DNA from: an uncultured virus (IMG/VR IMGVR_UViG_3300025915_000006)
Lineage: Duplodnaviria; Heunggongvirae; Uroviricota; Caudoviricetes
Virus record (IMG/VR): IMGVR_UViG_3300025915_000006
Reading direction: 5' to 3' (one strand)
Length of the DNA: 20,000 nucleotides
Part shown: positions 15,838-20,000 of the stretch, piece after piece
Position numbering within the stretch: the stretch's first letter is position 1
Layout: every line of letters starts with the position of its first letter
Notes under the pieces: model-generated
Database searches by the model: none
What the model saw: the letters and a program-made list of their open reading frames with translations, nothing else
Told to the model about the DNA's origin: nothing
Made by a program: the position numbers and the translations under genes

Positions 15838-16569
15838 CTAGGCGAGAACCGCTTCCAGCGTCTCGGCGCGAAAGCACTTCAGGGCACTTCCGGGCGTACA
15901 GTTGATCGTTTCCACACCGGCAGCCTCCAGGTCTTTCGCGAGTTGCGCGAATTCTCTTATCCACATCGCGAACGGCAGGCTCGAATTCAGATGCCGCGGA
16001 TGGTCGCCGTGATGATGCGATTTCCCACCGACACGCTTCATGTCGAAGCCGAGCAGAACGATTCTCTTCACCCCTGCTTGGTAGGCGAGATTGATCGCCT
16101 GATAACCCGAGTTCGCACCCTGGTGAATCACGCCGAACTGCTTTCCTAATCCCGGTGCCTTGCGGCTTTGCGCGAATTTCAGTCCGTGCTTTTTCGCGGC
16201 GGATGCTTCCTGCGTCCACAATTCTGAAGACGTTGCTTTCGCCTCGCTGTGATACTCGTCCCACCAGCGACCGTCGCACCCGTAGAGAACGTCGGCCCAT
16301 GGCGCGAGTCGAAAGGTCGTATTGATCGCGATGACCTTGCCTTTGCCTCTTACTGCGTCGCACTGTTCCTGCGTCAGGCTTGGTCCGCTGGCGAGGATGA
16401 AAACGGTTCTGCCCGCCCAGTCGAGCGGAAACCTGCGCTCGGTTTCCGGTTGCGCCATCCGCGTGCTGATGAGCGTCTGAATGCGGTCTGGATCGAGGCA
16501 AACAAACGTCCTGCCTTTGGCGATGACGCCGACCGGATCAGAAACGTCCTGCAATGCGATCAGTCGCAT
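15838..16569 (-). CDS. Maf/DUF115/CstII-like Rossmann-fold putative glycosyltransferase with a ~45-aa N-terminal extension
   Basis: VFILASGPSL, VIAIN, NSGYQAINLAYQAGVKRIVLLGFDM, INCTPGSAL motifs, as in GT42 sialyltransferase-like and Maf/MptE-like proteins. Confidence 0.75.
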   Translation of the reverse strand: MRLIALQDVSDPVGVIAKGRTFVCLDPDRIQTLISTRMAQPETERRFPLDWAGRTVFILASGPSLTQEQCDAVRGKGKVIAINTTFRLAPWADVLYGCDGRWWDEYHSEAKATSSELWTQEASAAKKHGLKFAQSRKAPGLGKQFGVIHQGANSGYQAINLAYQAGVKRIVLLGFDMKRVGGKSHHHGDHPRHLNSSLPFAMWIREFAQLAKDLEAAGVETINCTPGSALKCFRAETLEAVLA

Positions 16570-17064
16570 TTACGCCCATCCTCCGGGAAAATACGAGTTC
16601 AACGGCGCAGGCGTTCCGCCGCCGCCGCCACCGCCACTCGAATGAACGACGCGCGTCTCGCCCGGATCGCCCTTCGGACCCGTTACGTCGATCCACGGAC
16701 CCCATTCGCCGAGCGCAAGTTCAAACCGTATCTTTCCGTTTTGCACTTGATGCAGCGGCATCGGACCGTCGTTTCCCTGCGGTCCTTCCGGTCCCGGCGG
16801 ACCAACTGGGCCTTCCTCACCTTGCGGACCCTGCGGTCCTGGCTCGCCCTGCAGACCTTGCGCGCCTTGTTCACCGATTGGTCCGGGGACCGAACTGTCT
16901 AGCCCGCGATCGCCCTTCTCACCCTTTAGCGATTCAAGCCATTGCGTGAACGTGCCCGAAAATATGCCGCGCGTAATCGCGAGTTCGTAAGCGTCCTGGC
17001 CATCCTTGCCCGGAGGGCCGACGACGGTCCTTCCGTTACGCCCGTCACGGGGCACGCGGATCAT
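16570..17064 (-). CDS. Collagen-like protein (putative head fibre/decoration, 164 aa)
   Basis: 14 consecutive Gly-X-Y triplets (GPI...GPM). G.DAYELA...[11 protein letters not shown] motif common in phage collagen-like fibres. ATGA overlap with the upstream gene. Confidence 0.8.
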   Translation of the reverse strand: MIRVPRDGRNGRTVVGPPGKDGQDAYELAITRGIFSGTFTQWLESLKGEKGDRGLDSSVPGPIGEQGAQGLQGEPGPQGPQGEEGPVGPPGPEGPQGNDGPMPLHQVQNGKIRFELALGEWGPWIDVTGPKGDPGETRVVHSSGGGGGGGTPAPLNSYFPGGWA

Positions 17065-18236
17065 TTCGCGTCTTTCCCGTCACGTCCCTTTTTAACCGCG
17101 AGCCTCCACGCGTCGGAAGTACCCGGCTTGTCCTGCGTGGCCTTCTGCGCGATCCAGAATGAGCCGTCCCATGTCGCACCGTCGCCATGCTCGTAATCTG
17201 TTCCGGCCCTGAATACGCCGCGATCGATGACGATGGGACAGCGCATGTGCTTGTGCCACTGCTTGCCGCTTGTCAGCGTCACGCCTAGGAAGATGATTCT
17301 CGGGTCGGACGGGTCTTGCTCGATCTCGACATCGGCAATTCCATCGGTGACCACTTGCCAGCCGGACTTTTCCAAGCCAAGCGCGATCGGTTCGGTGTGC
17401 TTCAATGCCTTGACCAAACCACCGCAGTATTTCGCAAACGTCCCGATCGCGTAAGAGCGGCCATCCTCGATCGTGTCGACAACGTCGATGTCCAATGCAT
17501 CGCGGCCGTCCTGCGGCAGTTCGATATTCGAGACAGCCTTTTCCACCGCCTTTTCCACTGCCGCCAGCACCATCACTGCGACGGTATCGGGATGCACCGA
17601 CTCGCCATCCTTCGGCTTCGGAATCTCGGCCACGGCCTTGACGATAGCCGCATGCATTTCGTCGCGATCAAAGTCCCTGCCATTAATGCCGGGAGCGCCG
17701 TCTTTGGGCGTCGGAATGCTCGCAAGCACGCGCGCAACTATCGCATCCTCGTCGGCGTCCTTGCCGTTCAGCGGCGGGGGAATGTCCGCAACCGCTTTTG
17801 CAACGGCCGCATGCATTTCCGCAGGATCGAAGTCCTTGCCGTTCAATCCGGGCGCGCCGTCCTTGCCGTCAACGCCGTTGGCTCCATCGCGACCGTTGGC
17901 GCCGTCGGTCCCTTTTTCGCCCGCGACGCCGTCCTTGCCATCGATGCCGTTGACGCCATCAGCGCCACGCTCACCTGGCGCGCCGTCCTTGCCGGCAGCC
18001 CCGTCAATCCCTCTTTCGCCCGCGACCCCATCCTTGCCATCGATGCCGTTGACGCCATCAGCGCCACGCTCACCTGGCGCGCCGTCCTTGCCGGCATCGC
18101 CATTTGGACCGGCCGGAATTGCCGTCAATTGTCGCTCGAAGTCATCCAGACGCGCCATTACCGGAATCAACGCCCTCGATACGAAGTCCTTGACGTTGGC
18201 GACGACGCTGTCGGCAAGCGTTTTGATTTCGTTCAC
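17061..18236 (-). CDS. Portal-adjacent collagen-like structural protein with helical repeats and a C-terminal CBM5/12-like module
   Basis: N-terminal coiled coil; 31 Gly-X-Y triplets; AV..IP.PKDG-type repeats; C-terminal [24 protein letters not shown]...PGTSDAW. GTG start at 18236 overlaps the portal TGA (GTGA); the track start is 18254. Confidence 0.8.
   Translation of the reverse strand: MNEIKTLADSVVANVKDFVSRALIPVMARLDDFERQLTAIPAGPNGDAGKDGAPGERGADGVNGIDGKDGVAGERGIDGAAGKDGAPGERGADGVNGIDGKDGVAGEKGTDGANGRDGANGVDGKDGAPGLNGKDFDPAEMHAAVAKAVADIPPPLNGKDADEDAIVARVLASIPTPKDGAPGINGRDFDRDEMHAAIVKAVAEIPKPKDGESVHPDTVAVMVLAAVEKAVEKAVSNIELPQDGRDALDIDVVDTIEDGRSYAIGTFAKYCGGLVKALKHTEPIALGLEKSGWQVVTDGIADVEIEQDPSDPRIIFLGVTLTSGKQWHKHMRCPIVIDRGVFRAGTDYEHGDGATWDGSFWIAQKATQDKPGTSDAWRLAVKKGRDGKDAK
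17914..18096. repeat. 99-bp-period tandem duplication inside the collagen region
   Basis: 17932-17997 and 18031-18096 are identical over 66 bp (tccttgccatcgatg...gccggca); the flanks are near-identical. Confidence 0.92.
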
Positions 18237-19651
18237 GCCATCAGTCCGCGGCACACTTCAAGGTCGAACTCCTTTACGGCCAGCATGAATTCGCGGAACG
18301 ACTTGGCTGGCTCGTCCGTGTTGTCGGTAGGCGCTGCAGCCGGTGCCTCGATCGGAATCTCGGTCGGATCAGTGGAAGCGTCCGGGGCCGGCAATGCCGG
18401 AACCACTCCCGGCAACGGTCGGTCTGCGAGCTGGGCAAGCGGCCACATCTGCTGCTGCATATAGGGCGTGTTTCCACCGTCGACCGGCGGCAGGTTTTCC
18501 TTGGCGCGCGCCTCGTTTGGCGTCCACACGCCGGACCCGACGTTCTTCTGCGTCGCATCGGCTCTTGCCGCAGGGTCCATTCTGAGAAGCCCGTCAAGGT
18601 CCATCTCGATGCCGTAATTGGAGCCGAGTTCCAAACCCTCTTCGAGCAGCAATTCGACGGACTCGATCAACGCCTGCAAAGTCTGCGAGTAGTACTCCTG
18701 ATTCAGCGGGCCAATGGTCGTTGCGCGTGGATTGTTCGACTCGCCGATCTTGAACAGCGGGACGTGGAAACATCGTGCGACGTCCTCCACCGTCCAGCGC
18801 AGTTGTTCGATCAGTTGCGCATCTGCCGCTGGGATAGTCATCGGCTCGTATTTCAAGCCGTCGCCGGTAACGAGCAGACGCCCGATGTTGCCGGAGGAAA
18901 AATTCTTCTCGAACTCGGCCTTGAGGCGTTCCGCGGTAATGTCCGTAATCGTTCCAGCCGTGGTCAATTGACCGGATGGACGGCTCATGTTCTCGAAGAA
19001 GCGCGAACTGTTGGACTGGATTCTCAAGCCTTGCGTCGCCGAGCCGCCACAGGCATAGATCGGCGAGATTCCCACCAGCGGATGGAACAGCGTTGCGGCC
19101 CGATCGTGGATGATTTCCGAGGCCGGAACGGTGATCGGCTCTAAAACGCTGTTCAGATAATCTCTGTTGCACTGATACCAGACGGAACCGTCGTCGGCGA
19201 CCAACGGAACCACCAGTCGCGGATCGAGCACATAGAGATCGGTGATGACGCGCCGGTTGTCCCTCTGCTTATAGACGTAAGTGTTGCCGTGAATCAGCTT
19301 CGACGTGATCCACTGATTGAAGAACTGGATGCGCGTCTGAAAGCTATTCGGCTTTCCTAATACAGGAGCCTTGGGCGAGTTGCGTGCAACTTCGGCCCAC
19401 ACGCCCGATTGCAACTGCTCGACCAGTTTGACTCTAAGTTTCGCAATGTCGTCCGCGATCATGGAAACGCACGCGTACACCGCGGAAAAAGCGAGGATGT
19501 TCTTCTGCGTCTCCAGCCGTATTCCTGATTGCCAAGCTCCGGAGAAGCTTTCGCCGATCCAGCCCATGAAGCCGCCGAACCCTCCGGCTGCATAGCCGCC
19601 GACGGGTGACATGGCTTTTGCGCGAGTGATCTCGAAGCCAAGCAGTTTCAT
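18233..19651 (-). CDS. Phage portal protein, HK97 family (472 aa)
   Basis: SAVYACVSMIADDIAKL, KPNSFQT, LIHGNTY, EIIH.R..L.GISPI, FFEN..RPSG, DAQLIEQ, VARCFHVP, TPNEARAKENLPPVDGG motifs. Confidence 0.96.
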   Translation of the reverse strand: MKLLGFEITRAKAMSPVGGYAAGGFGGFMGWIGESFSGAWQSGIRLETQKNILAFSAVYACVSMIADDIAKLRVKLVEQLQSGVWAEVARNSPKAPVLGKPNSFQTRIQFFNQWITSKLIHGNTYVYKQRDNRRVITDLYVLDPRLVVPLVADDGSVWYQCNRDYLNSVLEPITVPASEIIHDRAATLFHPLVGISPIYACGGSATQGLRIQSNSSRFFENMSRPSGQLTTAGTITDITAERLKAEFEKNFSSGNIGRLLVTGDGLKYEPMTIPAADAQLIEQLRWTVEDVARCFHVPLFKIGESNNPRATTIGPLNQEYYSQTLQALIESVELLLEEGLELGSNYGIEMDLDGLLRMDPAARADATQKNVGSGVWTPNEARAKENLPPVDGGNTPYMQQQMWPLAQLADRPLPGVVPALPAPDASTDPTEIPIEAPAAAPTDNTDEPAKSFREFMLAVKEFDLEVCRGLMA

Positions 19652-19782
19652 TCGGCGCGCATGTCCCGACGGCGATAGGTGCGCTTCTTCTGTTTCTTCG
19701 GCTTAACTGGAGGCTTCGGACTCGGCTTCATTGGAACCAAGGCTGCATCCTCATCCGTTGACATCGGTTTAACTGCTGCCAT
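19648..19782 (-). CDS. Small basic head-module protein (44 aa, MAAVKPMSTDEDAALVPMKPSPKPPVKPKKQKKRTYRRRDMRAE)
   Basis: Below the ORF-track cutoff. GAGGA SD before the ATG at 19782; its TGA overlaps the portal ATG (ATGA). Confidence 0.75.
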   Translation of the reverse strand: MAAVKPMSTDEDAALVPMKPSPKPPVKPKKQKKRTYRRRDMRAE

Positions 19783-19804
19783 CGCCGTCCTCATTTCAAA
19801 TTTG

Positions 19805-19857
19805 CAATTGACTTACGCTCGGACACTGCCGAGGCAATGCCCGAGATAAATCAATTA
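19805..19857 (-). promoter_or_regulatory. Long stem-loop directly after the major capsid stop codon
   Basis: Coding strand TAATTGATTTAT-CTCGGGCATTGC-CTCG-GCAGTGTCCGAG-C-GTAAGTCAATTG gives about 24 bp with one bulge. The non-Watson-Crick positions are G-U pairs. No U-tract follows. Confidence 0.7.
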
Positions 19858-20000
19858 CGAGAAGTGCGCGTTGTCGAGGTAAGTGACTGAAACATCACGC
19901 CTTCTTTGCCAATTGACTACGCGTTCAAGTCTGATACCCAAAAGTCCGCTCTGCCAAAGCGAGATCAGCGACGCCGCGGAATTGCTCGGCGCCGAATCCA
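19855..20000 (-). CDS. Major capsid protein, HK97 fold (C-terminal 47 aa only)
   Basis: Hand translation ...DSAPSNSAASLISLWQSGLLGIRLERVVNWQRRRDVSVTYLDNAHFS* matches the SLWQ.....IR.ER..NW.RRR...V ending of HK97-type capsids encoded upstream of portal genes. Confidence 0.88.
   Translation of the reverse strand, partial: DSAPSNSAASLISLWQSGLLGIRLERVVNWQRRRDVSVTYLDNAHFS

Larger units (their letters stand above)
1..20000 (-). mobile_element. Siphovirus-type phage/prophage morphogenesis module
   Basis: Contiguous co-oriented capsid, portal, neck, tail tube, chaperone, tape measure and fibre genes. No sheath gene. No host genes or att sites fall in the window, so prophage versus free phage cannot be decided. 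Confidence 0.96.

Noticed and set aside
11240..16569. Interpretation as a gtrABC-type serotype-conversion or captured host LPS locus
   Set aside because: No flippase, bactoprenol transferase or multi-pass membrane protein, no separate promoter gap, and seamless coupling to late structural genes. Disfavoured rather than excluded.
17690..18100. Repeated gccgtccttgcc units resembling a CRISPR or DGR repeat
   Set aside because: They are in-frame codons for GKDG in the collagen region; there is no repeat-spacer regularity, no cas or reverse transcriptase gene, and no adenine-specific variation.
17316..18464. Long + strand ORFs with PS/LP repeats (17316..18464, 17473..18288)
   Set aside because: Antisense shadows of the collagen-like gene in GC-rich DNA; no independent start signals or recognisable motifs.

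Overview
The whole window is one minus-strand late (morphogenesis) operon of a GC-rich, HK97-fold, long non-contractile-tailed phage or prophage. In transcription order (right to left) it holds: the 3' end of the major capsid gene, a 44-aa basic ORF, portal, two collagen-like (Gly-X-Y) proteins, an eight-gene glycan-modification cassette, head-tail adaptor, head closure, HK97 gp10-like protein, tail terminator, a 41-aa ORF, tail tube, tail assembly chaperones with a -1 frameshift site, a ~1667-aa tape measure, a 552-aa tail-tip protein and the 5' part of a tail fibre with C1q-like and glycine-rich domains. The cassette encodes six predicted glycosyltransferase-like enzymes (Maf/CstII-like, two KpsC/KpsS-like paralogs, GT9, two GT-A) and two SAM methyltransferases. 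It is the standout feature: it is soluble, tightly coupled to the head genes and flanked by plausible acceptors, namely collagen-like fibres and structural proteins carrying a recurring Gly-Ser-Pro motif. This suggests a phage-encoded virion glycosylation system. Two intergenic RNA structures are also visible: a long G-U-rich hairpin after the capsid gene, and a two-state SD-sequestering switch after the tail tube gene. All family assignments come from motif recognition by eye, not database searches.
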